A DNA stretch of 64,000 nt from Tubulanus polymorphus. Taxonomy: Eukaryota; Animalia; Nemertea. Both the position numbers and the translations under genes were made by a program. A model generated the notes under the pieces. The model was not told the origin of the DNA and did no database searches. It worked only from the letters and a program-made list of their open reading frames with translations. The stretch covers positions 18,562,560-18,626,559 of the forward strand of contig NC_134027.1 of assembly GCF_964204645.1 (NCBI RefSeq). The letters run 5' to 3'. Every line of letters starts with the position of its first letter. Within the stretch, counting starts at the first letter, position 1. This document shows, in pieces, positions 12,360-24,887 of the stretch.

Positions 12360-14830
12360 CTAAACAATAAATAAACAGAGTTTCTACACACCTTATACCT
12401 GCAGGTCTGTTCGTGTACGTAACACAATAAAAACCTGAAATATTTTCTTCTGCAGAACAGAAGTGAATGCTTATATGGGCCCTATACATACTATGTTTCA
12501 ATCACAATAAATCTCTTAAGCTTTATATCTATGACTATCTATTTATTTGGCCAGAAATATTAATGGAACTTTGATCAATCTATTCGTTAGGGTTCTATTC
12601 ATTTACAACGGATCCACTTTTTACCGACGGGCATTACAGAAAGAATATGAATCTTTGAAAAAATCAGACAATAAAGGAAATTCCGAGGGAATTTATACAT
12701 GACTAAAAAGCCAAAATGATTTACAACTTTTAATAGTTCAAAGCACCACCGAATACTTTTCTTCAGGTAACTCTTCTGAAGAAAAGACGGTGTAGGAATT
12801 ACGAGTGTAGGGATTAATATTGACTAATAAAACGTATGCGCTGTGTGTGGAGTTATTATCAGTATACCTTGGAGCTTGGAGCAATCATTTGATGATTATA
12901 ATCAAATGATTACTCCAAGATTATACGTACTCCTCCGCTTATAGATCCTTATTCTATAGTATCATGAGTACGCGTTTATCGGGGTTTAGAGGATTATGGC
13001 CTGGCCTCATGCAAACGTGATGCCTGAATTGACAGTTAGACGGATACATGGGGTTGATCCTACCATTGGTACCTGTAAAGAACCAATTTGAGGAGTATGT
13101 GAATAGAAGAATCTCACCGACCGGTCGCGGGCGCTCTCGAGTAACGAACGAAATATCGAAAGTCATAATATCTATTGAAATGTAAATTGATATCTATGCC
13201 ATTGTGGGGATGTTAAGTAATAGTCTCCTAATTGTTCAATCAAATTCAATGACGGTCACTTCTGCTTTTTAATGATACGTATGCACGTATATTTTCGTTA
13301 ATCCGTACCGTAGTTATGCTGCCATTTTATAATGCTTTAATATATCAATAATGGTTGAATGAGCAAAGACAGCAATAAATATGCACCCTCGTGTAATTAT
13401 ATTGCTTTTACACATTCATGATAATCCATCGGGACACCCTAGATTTAGCTCGAAGTTAAACGTCGACATACGTATCTAAAAAACTCGGATTTTTATAGTT
13501 TGATGTGAAGATTCACTTACAATTTTTCGTACATATATACATTATCAGTTGAGAAAAATCTGTATATTAGTGTGTGTATTCTAGCTCTATCCTCTCTCCC
13601 TCTGCGTAGGACCTCTAATAGTCTGAGGGCTTTGGGCATTAAATAGAATTCTATAGGGGTGCATTGTATAAATGCCTACCTATAAACACGCGTTATTTAG
13701 GTCAACCTACAAACCTTCCTGAAGCAGCGTCTCTTGTTTAGCAGTTTCTCTAGTTCTCGTCGTGAGAAGAAAGAGAATGGGGGGAGAATTCATCTATAGA
13801 ACATAGAGGCATCAAGTTGCCCTATTCATTCATTCTTCGAGGCGATATTTCTATTCATTATGTAATTATATAAAACACCCAATGCTACCGTATGCATATG
13901 TAGTGTAGATCTCGCCTTATTGGGATTAGTTGGCACTAATAAAATCCATTCAGATTAAACCAAAATCCGGATAAAAGTGATTTGGATCTGAATCCGGAAA
14001 AATGTGATTTTTGTAAAAATGTATTGTCAAAGCCTGGTCTGGCTTAAACAATCATTCGTTTCACATTTGAAATTACTTGTCTCGACTGTGCATCTTCATG
14101 TCTGTATTTTCTAATTAACTACCGGTAATCAGAACTGTTTAGATATCATGCCAGTTTTAATGTTATTGTCCCTGATTTTCTTTAATTCAAAGTTGATTCA
14201 ACGAAATAAATATTAAATTTGCGGATGTATTGTGACAAGGCTTTTGTGATATCGCTCATGATAATTGGTGGAATTCTTTTGATATATATTCTTGTATTTG
14301 TCCAAGATCTACAACATTATGTCACTTCTGTTGGGTCAAGTTTCGAGGTGTGTCTACACGTTGAGGCAAGTTGTGTGTTCAAATACGTATTTCGTGAACG
14401 AAAAAATATCTTCATGTTCTTAAGGTTTTCAATCAGTTGGTCCTCTCAAAAAATGGAAGAAAACCCGAAAACCCGACCCGGCTGATTGCCGTAGTGAATG
14501 ATAGATCACACGTCTCCTCTTCGGGGCGATGTCTTAATAAGATGTTTTTATTCGCTCCAGTTATGAATAATTTACAATCGTTTAGCAATTTTATGAAAAA
14601 TCTATTTTCAAATGCGAAAAAGAGCCCTGTGTATTGATTGAAATTTCGAGGTATGTGATAAACGTATACATATGATAAATACAATAAGACGAGAGGTTCC
14701 CAGACACATTAGGTCGACATAAGTAGGTCTCTTTAGTAAAATAAATTCACAAAAATATGTTAAGTAATGATAAATGCTGTATTTATAAGTGGTTTTATGG
14801 AATGAAGGTGTGGAACTGTTCTCGTTATAC
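12360..14830. promoter_or_regulatory. Divergent intergenic/promoter region between genes A and B
   Basis: Lies between the 5' ends of the two divergently oriented genes. TATA-like motifs on both strands (TTTTATA ~13491, TATAAAA ~13869, TTTATAAG ~14782). TSSs not determinable. Confidence 0.35.
12868..12919. mobile_element. Tiny TIR-only hairpin element (CTTGGAG(C/T)AATCATTTGA)
   Basis: Near-perfect palindrome. Flanks AGTATAC/ATTATAC form a 7-bp TSD with one mismatch. Same family as 33195-33241. Confidence 0.7.
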
Positions 14831-15216
14831 AGTGCATTACAGGACGAACTAGTCTTCTGAACAGGTGAGTTAAACTAAACCTAGTATCAATGAAATCTCT
14901 AAAACTGCTCATTTCCATTGGTAATCATTTCCTATAAACACGTTTTATAAGAATGATAGTGTATCTTATAAGAATAATATCTTGTTCACAAGCATATCAG
15001 TTAGTCATGATGAATGATGGCATAATACATGGATCACATATATGTGCAGAATCGATGTAGCTAATTGCGAAAGAATTTAGTTCATTTTTTCCTTCCACGC
15101 GGCTACTATATCCAACTGACGAATAAGCCTATACATGACGAGAGACGGATGAATATTATTTTAGGAAAGTAGGTTTGTCTATTGCAGAAGTAACAGATAC
15201 GTCGCGCAGGAACAGA

Positions 15217-18200
15217 ATGCATTATAAACTCATCGTAAGTTCCTTTTTCATCTACAAATACATCGTTTATTTCAATGCATTAGTAAGCTGACTTCAGGTG
15301 TCATATTGACAAGGCAGAATCGAAGTGGGATTACGAGAAATTTGATTTGAAGATTTGATAATCCTGCACGGACTTTCTTTCTTCGTTTCTTCCAAATGAT
15401 GGCCGCAATTCTATAGTTATAGTTAGTAGAGGATATATTTGTCAATTGTAAAAGTTTTGACTCGGGATGGTCCATTATTTTGATTAAGGTTAGCAATCCC
15501 GGCGGTAATACATACGTCTTGTTGGATTATGTTTCACATTCACCGAAAAAAACTCGTCAGTTTATACTTAAACGAAAACCAAACCTGACCTATTTAGCGG
15601 AGATGTTTTGTAAAAAATTTAAAAAACTCTTAGAAAAAGTGTCTACCATGGTGGTAACTAATTAGATTGTTCGACAAACTGAAGATATGTGTAGAATAGC
15701 CATAGAAAAGTTTTAAAACCTATATACAAGATTTAAAAGATGTCGTAAATATAAAATGAATTTTACTTATCAAAATATCATAAGATACGAAGTTTCGAAC
15801 TCTGGATATAGTTTAAACTTATGAAAATGTGTGTTTTCGTGATATTTTTAAGATTATTTTCGTGTTGTGTGGAGCTGGAATTTCTGCTGCTCCCGCGAAA
15901 CGTCAAAATCCAGGTACATATTTTCAATTATTGGATATGTACCCGTAATTCCTTCGATGAACGTATAAGTGGAATATATTAAATTTTGTGTCTACTTTGA
16001 AGGCAATAATGACCAATCGGAGGTAGCGGATTTCCGAAGACTGTTGAATATATTTGTTCGACTATTGGAGATTGCATTACCAAAGAAAGGTTAGTCAAAC
16101 CAAGGACGTTCTCTCGCGCCTCCCTGGTGTCTAACACCATGAAGAGCTAGCTCTAGTTCGTCTTCTGATCTGAAAGAATAACGAATTAATCATCGTGCTT
16201 TATACTGTATTGTAGGTGAAAATGGATCTCAATCTCCGACTGCAACTCCTCAGAGGCGCCAGGATGAAGGTTAGTTAGTTTCAACTCCACCCGATAAATA
16301 AACCAAACCCTCCCTGCATGATATCTATTCAAAATAATTCATATGCAGCAAAAGATACATCTAGAGAGAATGACAAAGAAAATGACAAAGATAGCAACTT
16401 AAGGGAGAAAGGAGATACAATGAATAAACATGAGAATCTGAATCTAAATAAATCTACAGAACTCACTGATTCTACAGAATCTAACGCTACAATGGCTGTA
16501 GGCTCCAATGCTACAACCCAGTCTATAAATAAGAGACAGGAAAGTGACGTAAAGCCTACCCAAGACCCTACTAGAACAACCGCGTCACAAGATTATACAA
16601 CTCAGCCGAATTCTGATGATAAAATTGGGAAAGAAAAAAAACAAAATCAGAGATGGAATGATCTTGAAATATATACTAAAACATTTGCCAAACTCTTGAA
16701 GTTGTTGATAGACAGTAAGTGACTATTGCATAAAAGCCAATGCAAACGTATTTTTGACATTAGAATTATATATAGACGTATTTTCACAAACAAATCGCAC
16801 AAACAATACTTTTGAAATTTCAGAAAAATATCCACAATCGGCATTTGACAAACGAATAACTAATGTTGAAGGTAGATAACAATTTATTGTGATGCGACAA
16901 AACTACGAATAATTTATTTCAACTGACTTCTTTTATCTCGCTTTTCAGTGTAATCCATCTTTTTACCAGCTCACTTCACTTGGGGCGTATAACCCCAGCG
17001 GGTTTTGCATTCACTTATCATCCGTTGTCCTTCCGTTCGTCCGTTAGACCAGGGAAGTGTGATGAGATGGAATACGGACGCTTTTAATTGCCGGATGTAG
17101 GCTATTCAATTCAGCCCGTACATCAAAGGTTACCGCAACAGCAGTAAGCTACGCTTATCGAGTGTGTGTTACCATCTGAACACCAGTCAACATCAACTTT
17201 GATTCGGTCGCAGAACAACCCGCAATAGTTACATCAACCGCAATAGCTCATCACACTTCCCTGGTTAGACGGATTCCAGTTATTTTAGAAAGCTTTGAAG
17301 ACGCTTTAGCGGGTTCTCCTGTACATGTAGCATCCCTAGACACGGCTGCACTTTTTACACATTTTTGAATCACAATTTTGAGGCCCATCCATATACCAAC
17401 TATTTCGGTCATAATAGTGTAATATCTGGCCGCTGGGACTTGAGCCGATATGGTTTTTTTAGAATGATCGAAAGTGACTTAAAATTCGTGCCAAATCTCA
17501 ACACAACTTTCATACGCTCGAGATCAATTTCGACAGAAAGTAAACGAATGTAATATGTTCCTCAATATATGCTAATATATTCCAAAGTTCCAATCTTTCC
17601 AACAAAGCCTAAGCCTAAGCTAAGCCTATTTCAATTCAATTTGAAACACCTTCCAGCTCGTATCATGATCGGTTAAGATCGAAAATCGAACATCCTCAAA
17701 ATAGCAAACCCGGTTCAACGGTTTGCGTCAAGTTTAACACAACCATGGCTGCATCCATGTGGAGCTGTTTCTGAAAATTCAAAAAGTCCGAGTGCTCGCC
17801 ATAACACTATGGAATTTCTGATGGTTAGTTTTTGAGCAACTGGTAACAGAATCACCAATTGTATCTGTTGCGGCAATATTTCATTGATGCAATCTGATAA
17901 GTATTGACGGGAGATGAATGAAACTCAAATGCCTGACACTAGAAGACTTATTTCGACTATTTTGACTCTAGAAGACTATTTTGACGATCTTAGATGATTG
18001 TCGGTGTTGGAACAATTATCAAATTATTCACAATTATCAAATAATTGACAATTTACAATTCATCAAATAACTAGGTGCCCTTATTTCCATAGTTACTGAA
18101 AATGTTGATTCTGACAAAGTACGATCGGTTAGATTGTCAAATTTCTTGATATAAATATGCAAACACGATACTTTAACAAAACAAATGCTCAACTATATTA

Positions 18201-20267
18201 TTATGAAAACATACTACAGTGTCAAAGACATTCAGGTGTCATATATTAATTATCTAATTATTTATTCAGAAACATTGTCTCAAAATCATAAGACTTACTC
18301 GCAACAAACTCACTGAGCTGGCACTATATATAACAATGCGTGTTTCTCTTTGTTATTACCAACTGTAATTACAGTGACTCTAATATTGTGTATAAATATA
18401 TTGGAATCTTTGATAGAGGGAGATTTATTTGAGATCTAGCCTTGCAACCTGCGTGACAGGGATAAACTAGCTAGCCGAAAACTATATTTGTTTGCTGAAC
18501 GAAATAAAGCTATATTCGCATCGGAAGTAGAGTTTGTGTTTTGCTGACAGATCTTGAAGTGCTACCTCATATGGAGATATACAGTAACAGTTATAGTTAT
18601 AGGAAAATACTGTAGCTAAAAATACTCTAGAGAACGTGTTTGGGAAGTTTGACAATTTCTTAAAAACTAATGATGATAATTGAAAACGGTAAAAAGCATA
18701 TAAAACCACATATATTGATATATTGATCATGAAAACTTGAAAAATGTAGATGAAAAATTTGTAAGAATTACGAACTTTTGAATGGGATGAGCAGTAATTC
18801 ATGTTATCATTTACATATTTATATCGGTACATAGCTATGCATACGTATTTTGTTACCACAAACAATAGCAAGCTTGAAGATGTTTCATGATTGTTTTGAG
18901 TTTCCTGTTGTTTATAGTATTATCCAAAACCTATGATATGAGTAATATGCATAAGTAGTTTTAGTTTGTGGTTGCGGTTACATGAACTTTTGATCTTTAT
19001 TGTATCATGTGTTTTGTACCACGTGTTCCTGCTTTATCTTTGTATGTGTGAATCCTTACTTATCAATAGAACGTCATATAGTAAACACGTAGTCTCAATA
19101 TTTCTTCTTCCACGCCGTTTTGTGTTGCTTACAAGCTCTGTAACAACATTTCCAGGGGGGGGGGCGCATTATTGAAATGGTGAGATTGCCAAGCATTTCA
19201 CCAATTGGATATGGTATCCCGGGCCACGGTGATGGTTTTTCAGTCTGGTTTCAATAACTTCATGCTTCTCTCCGTCAACAGCTGAAGTCTCGAATACATT
19301 CATTTTGTGATTTTCTGAACGCGAGTAGTGAAAATTATCACGTCTATATCATGTCTTTATAACCTTCAGAACGGATAAATCGCCCATTCGCACTCCAGTC
19401 TGTCTTGTTGATTTTACCGGTAATTTTACAGAAAAACGCTCTGATGAAAAAGGTCTAAGTGAAGCTGAAATGGACGCATGGAATTCATTTCTCTCGTCAC
19501 AAAACGAAGACAACGAAAAACAAGGTATTTAACCCATGACTGGTACTGAGGGCGCAGACATATGGTGCCCCAGCACAGGGTTCGGGTATTAATGGGTTAA
19601 TCAAGAAATCATTATTAGACTCTGATACCACAGTGTAGTTCATTGTCTTACTTCTTTCTTGCAGAAGTGTCTGAGGATACGATCAAACCCGACACATATA
19701 CCCCACTAGAAAGCAAGAAAAAATCAGGTAAACATATTTCCTGCCAGAGACGCTCTCACTATTACGTATCAAAACCTCCCCTTCATCGCATGGGTTTAAT
19801 TCAAACCACGGGTTATCTTCCATTCAGAAGTGATCGAGGAGATGATCAAGCCCGAAACATATAATGCTTTAGGGGGCAAGAAAAGATCAGGTATATATGT
19901 CGCTAACATGCGCGTTGCGTAAATAACTGTGTTCAGCTTTGCTTTTCTTATTCTCAATAGAAATTGTCGAGGAACCGATTATTGAACAGGAATATGCGAA
20001 ACCATTGGGATCAGATAAAAGGGATGGTAAGAGATAATATACACACCGCGCATACATACATACACATACACCACACACGCATACACATACACATAGATAT
20101 CCACCACATCTGGACGCTGGTGACGGAACCGGAAGAACAAATACTTGTAGCAGTCGACCCTAGTTCCAGGACGCGTTAACTACCTTTCAATTTTCGGTTA
20201 AGAAGACACTGCAGACTTAGACTTCATCGAGCCAAGGTCATTACGCATACCTAGACACGCCATATAA
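15217..20267 (+). CDS. Gene B: multi-exon secreted prepropeptide (neuropeptide/granin/linear-toxin-like precursor), ~311 aa, family not recognised
   Basis: Coding exons with AG/GT ends: 15217-15234 (MHYKLI, phase 0), 15853-15913, 16003-16089, 16216-16269, 16349-16714, 19432-19524, 19665-19727, 19828-19890, 19961-20026, 20203-20267. They total 936 nt in one open frame. Signal peptide MHYKLIIIFVLCGAGISA followed by APAKR. Multiple KR/RR/KKR sites. AATAAA at ~20422 and ~20525. Probable 5'UTR exon ending at 14864 (CAG|GTGAGT). The last exon is the least certain. Confidence 0.8.
17050..17263. mobile_element. 214-bp MITE, TIR CAGGGAAGTGTGATGAG, 7-bp TSD GTTAGAC
   Basis: Perfect 17-bp TIRs. GTTAGAC at 17043-17049 and 17264-17270. 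Confidence 0.85.
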
Positions 20268-22056
20268 ACCGGGCCATAAACAAACAACTGTCTGTCCGTC
20301 ACCTCTTTATCATAAACATCTTTTCCCCTCGTGGCTTAATGTCAAATCCTTTTGCAAATCATTGATAGTGATGATGATAAAACCGGAATCAACGTCCTCA
20401 TAGCGCAATCCACCGATGTCCAATAAAAAATGCAACGACAAGCGCTTGTATAATTGGTACTTTATGATTTATTTTCTCTATACACGTACGGGTATATATT
20501 TTTCTCTATAACAAATGGAGTAATAATAAATTGATAAAAAAATCTCTTGAAAATGCATACTTTTTTATTATGTTACTTGAAAGAAATACAGAATTCTTGT
20601 GAACTAGGTATATTTGAAATTTGAATGATAGGAAACACAATAGAATGGTAACATAAGTTATACAGCGCGATTCAAGGTGACCGGCAGCATTTTGATAGCG
20701 TAAACAACCTTGATATGAAATTGAACGCTAAGCATGTGCATCCGTAACCGAAAATTGAAAAGTAGTCAACGCGTCATGGAAAGGGTCGACCACTTAGCCT
20801 GTCGAACCGACCGGGTTAATCATGCCCCAACCATCTATACAACTGACGCTACTTCATCGCACTCGTTTCTACGTGACGTTCTGATGCAATCAAAATAGGA
20901 AAAAGTTGATTGTTTACCTGACCTATGTAAATCAGCTGTTGAAACGGAATTTTACCTTTAAACGTTTTTATCCTAAATGTCCTCCTGTAAATCCACGCCG
21001 TACCGTACCGCATCACGACAGTTCCATTTCGTCACCAAATTCTTCCCAATTATTCAATTTAGAAAACCAAAATATTTCTACTACATGTAGGCCTATAGAA
21101 ACAAAATCAGCGTATGTATATACTAACTGGACATTTATTTCGTAGATGAAAGTGATACAGCGGCGAGAGAACTCCTGGAACTGCGAGCCCTGCAAGCTTT
21201 AAAAAGATTTGCTGAATTAAAGAAGAACTAACGAGTGAAATGAGCCCGCGGCTTTAACTGAATTATTAGTTATCTTATAGAATTGGAAAAAATTCTGGGC
21301 GTTTCTTCCGTACGTAACCTATATAAGATATTGAACCACTTTGAGGAACGACTGTTAAACAAATCTTAGGTTGAAAGCATTATAATCAAGCTTATTTAAT
21401 TACAAGTTTATAATATTTGTTTTGTTCTGTAATCTGCATACACTGTGCCATCTATCGGAATATAAAGATATGTAATCCACAGTTTGGTATCGAACGTTTC
21501 TTTATCCAAAGTTCATTTCAGAGTACTGTACATGCCATATTCGAGTAAATAGATCAGTATTTCATATTGGATATTACTCATAATCAGCAATAAAAGTTTA
21601 CTTCAAGCTTTCATGTCAGCCTAGTTTGTTTTCATTCTACAGAGATCGCAGTCCAAATTACATATTATATGATAGTAATAATTTGATTTTGCAAACTGGG
21701 TCAGAAATCATACATACATACGTACAAGACCTCTGTATAATATCACTTCTATTGTTTGTGTGACAATCACTGAAATCGAAGGTAAGTGATATTCAGTCTT
21801 TAGCTGTTCCATCAATTCATAACCAACATATCATTCAAAACATCGTTGTCAAGTATGATGAAGATATGAAATTAAATTGCTAAGTCGCGGTGCAACCACT
21901 TACGCAAAAGGCCACTTATCGTAGGACGCGTGATTGGATACGAGTCAAAATTCCCATGGAAATTTTTTAAAAAAGTATCATGATTATTGTAGTTTCTCAA
22001 TCAAAATAAACTGTTCGATCCACTAGTTTATATTGTATATTTTCTAGATTTAAGAA

Positions 22057-22623
22057 ATGCCGACAATACAGAAGAAGCTGTTGACAAGCACACCCTCTGC
22101 GATGAATTTCACTAATATAACTAATAGTACAGATGGTTTACCAAATTGGTATCATATATATGGATTAGTGGAGAATTGTCGGTCTGATTGGCCCGTGGGA
22201 TTATGTGTTTGTTTTAATCTATGTGGTTTAACCAGTACGGCTATTTGGTTCTTGGTGATTTTGCCACAACTCTACAAAAACTATAGACACAAATCGGTGG
22301 CAGGTTTGAGTTTAGCCTGGGCCACGATGGATGTCACCGCCAGTTTACTGAATATGTGCTTTGTATACGGATCTGGTAGGGACCCTTTGCCCCTTTATAT
22401 AAAGATCCAGGCGGTATATCTGCCAGTCCTGGGTTTGATATTACTTACGCAGTTTTATAGATACAGCAACAAGGAGCATTACAAATTTAAATGGAAACTG
22501 GTGTACACTGTATCGTGTTTGTTCGTTTGGATTGGAATTCTGGTACTAGATAGTTGTTTAGATGTCTACCGACAATTTCAATGGGTTGCTATAATACTGT
22601 GGTCCACAGAACTTTTTCCACAG
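22057..22623 (+). CDS. PQ-loop repeat membrane protein (PQLC/cystinosin-like transporter family), coding exon 1
   Basis: First PQ motif (ILPQLYKNYRHKSVAGLS) and several TM segments. The exon ends at the second PQ (ELFPQ|GTACGT, phase 0). Upstream acceptor TTTCTAG at 22041-22047 and a 5'UTR donor at 21782. Confidence 0.85.
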
Positions 22624-23153
22624 GTACGTTTTAGTGATGGAAAAATTCAGTAAATCTTATGAAAACATTATACAAGTTTATAACGAGCCTTTGGTTAACA
22701 CGGACATGTTTGGACATTTCCGCAAGCGTTCTTCTATAGCGTTTATCGCTATATAATGCTTATCGCATAGTTAATAAATCGAGAAAGTGTCATAGGCCTA
22801 TGTCTGTTTGATCCGATATGAATGAAATAAAATCACTGTACGTATTATAGACGTTTTATCATAGGGCGAACTTTAGATTTTATTTATGGTCATTGAAAAA
22901 AATTGAGCTGAGATTTTGATTATTCCAGACCTAGCCATGTTAAATCTGGATAAAGTTCACAAAACTAGAAATAGATATTCATTCACACAGTTCACATACA
23001 AAGTAGAACAGCCTATAGTTAATACATGTATCTATATTAAAAGACGCAATAGATATTATGTACGTGTATATGCGATCGTGTTCACTTATAAAAAATGCGT
23101 CTTCCCTTTATTTTCACACGTTACATGAAAGATATTTTAACTTGTTTTTGCAG

Positions 23154-23861
23154 ATAATTCTTAACATTATTCGGAAGTCGACGAGCGGTCAGTCTACTGT
23201 ATCCGTATCACTGGCAGTCGCTGGGCGCAGTACTGATTTCTTGTCCGCATACGGATTGCTAATGCCAATACAGTACGTATCTATGACGTATTTTACGTGT
23301 TCGCTAGTCTATATAAACGCCGCTCAGGTTGTTTGGTTTTGGCGAAATGGTGAGGGAATCATAAATACCCATCATTTAGCTGATGTAGATCTACGAGAGT
23401 TATCGCGGGACCGCACCGAAAGTAATATATCGACCGTATCCGTCGAGTTGTCCGACCCTGATGAAAGGACCGATCGGTCCGGTAGTCAGATATCGCAAGA
23501 TTCTGGTAATGCATTAAACCCTGATCAAATGGAAAATGTTGAAATCGATGGAACTTTTACGGGTAATTTTAACGCTTTGCGCACAATATCCATTGCAGCT
23601 GACGAAGACGAAGTTGTAATTTTCGATGCTCCCGTCTCCTCGCGTCCTGGTGTCAGGTTCCTTCTCAAAATGAACTATAAACGGACGACTTTATTGAGTT
23701 TGATATTTATTGCTTTAACTTTGTTTTCAGTCGGATTTGTTTGGTGCTCCGCATCATTCTTAGCCTTGATAGCTCCATTAATCATAATACTGATAATAAC
23801 ATGCGCAGTTTTTATCATCAACAGACTGCCTAAAACTATTACTTATAAAATTTTCAAATAA
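23154..23861 (+). CDS. PQ-loop repeat membrane protein, coding exon 2 (total ~424 aa)
   Basis: Acceptor TTTTTGCAG|ATA continues the second PQ loop (PQ|IILNIIRKSTSGQS). Followed by an acidic Ser-rich loop and two more hydrophobic segments. Stop at 23859-23861, AATAAA at ~23997. Confidence 0.85.
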   Translation: MILNIIRKSTSGQSTVSVSLAVAGRSTDFLSAYGLLMPIQYVSMTYFTCSLVYINAAQVVWFWRNGEGIINTHHLADVDLRELSRDRTESNISTVSVELSDPDERTDRSGSQISQDSGNALNPDQMENVEIDGTFTGNFNALRTISIAADEDEVVIFDAPVSSRPGVRFLLKMNYKRTTLLSLIFIALTLFSVGFVWCSASFLALIAPLIIILIITCAVFIINRLPKTITYKIFK

Positions 23862-24647
23862 TTCATACTCTTTTGCACCGATTCTACCTTACATAACGTA
23901 TACTTCCATCTGTTGAATTCATTCCAGAAAAGTATGTTACGCAGATTTCAATTTCAAGTTCATTTTATATATGTTTGTAAAATTTAGATTCATGTAAATA
24001 AATTGTATTTTAAGTTGGGTATATGTACTCAATATATGGCAAATTGGAAGATAACATTGACTAAAATGATGTTTTATCTTAGAAAAAGTAACTTGTTTCA
24101 TGTTATATACCGAACAGCATCATTTAACTTTCTGAGAAAACAGCAAGTTTCTCCCCACGCAATACATGGATTACGATAACACAAGAGTAGGCGGGATTCA
24201 AGATACTACAAAAAGCAGTTGTCGCTAGGAGACCTTGTCACTCTCAAGAGTAGTACATTTACATCTATTCATCCATACTTATATATTTTACTGTTTTTCC
24301 CGTTGACTGGAAATTACTAGAGGCATTATCTGAATTTCTTAGCAGTTTTAAGTTTTAATCATATAATATAAAAAATATAATTAATGGTATCATTTACAAG
24401 AACAAATATATAATCAATTAAAATTGCGTGAAAATGAAAATACAATCTGACAAGAATGACAAGATAAGCGCAGCGAGCAAAAATTCGTAAACATTTCGGT
24501 TAGTATATAAAATATAACATCAGTTAAAAACAATACACGATAAGTAGGTAGATTGAACACGTAAAGGAGGCCCGAATTTCACCGCCAAATCGATGATGTA
24601 ATAACCTTTACGCATGGCTGCTCACTGAAACTAATTACGCTGTAAGC

Positions 24648-24887
24648 TTAAACCGATGACGTTTTGTCTTCGACAACTTCGATATCTAGAGTATTTGATG
24701 GAAGTATCGTATTATGATCGTTGAGAGGTGGTGCGGCGGATACAGTAGCTGTTGCAGGCTGGGAGGAGGCCGATTGGCTAGCTAATAAGTAACCTTTGGC
24801 TCGTGAAAATGTAGCATCTCCTGAGAATACATACTCGTACAATATGGCAGCGATAGCCCCTCCCAGCAGCGGTCCAATCCAATAAAC
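24648..24887 (-). CDS. AQP4: Aquaporin, coding exon 3 (TM6 and C-tail; total protein 303 aa)
   Basis: TTTTAG|VYWIGPLLGGAIAAILYEYVF...VVEDKTSSV*. Confidence 0.93.
   Translation of the reverse strand, partial: VYWIGPLLGGAIAAILYEYVFSGDATFSRAKGYLLASQSASSQPATATVSAAPPLNDHNTILPSNTLDIEVVEDKTSSV

Noticed and set aside
20098-20179. Alternative last exon for gene B (DIHHIWTLVT...SSRTR*)
   Set aside because: It is in frame, but its acceptor follows a CA-rich tract. The 20203 acceptor has a better pyrimidine tract. Not excluded without RNA data.
24579-24650. Possible AQP4ex-like stop-codon readthrough (22 open codons after the stop)
   Set aside because: The stop context is TAA-G, not the leaky TGA-CTAG of vertebrate AQP4. 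The open stretch is compatible with chance.
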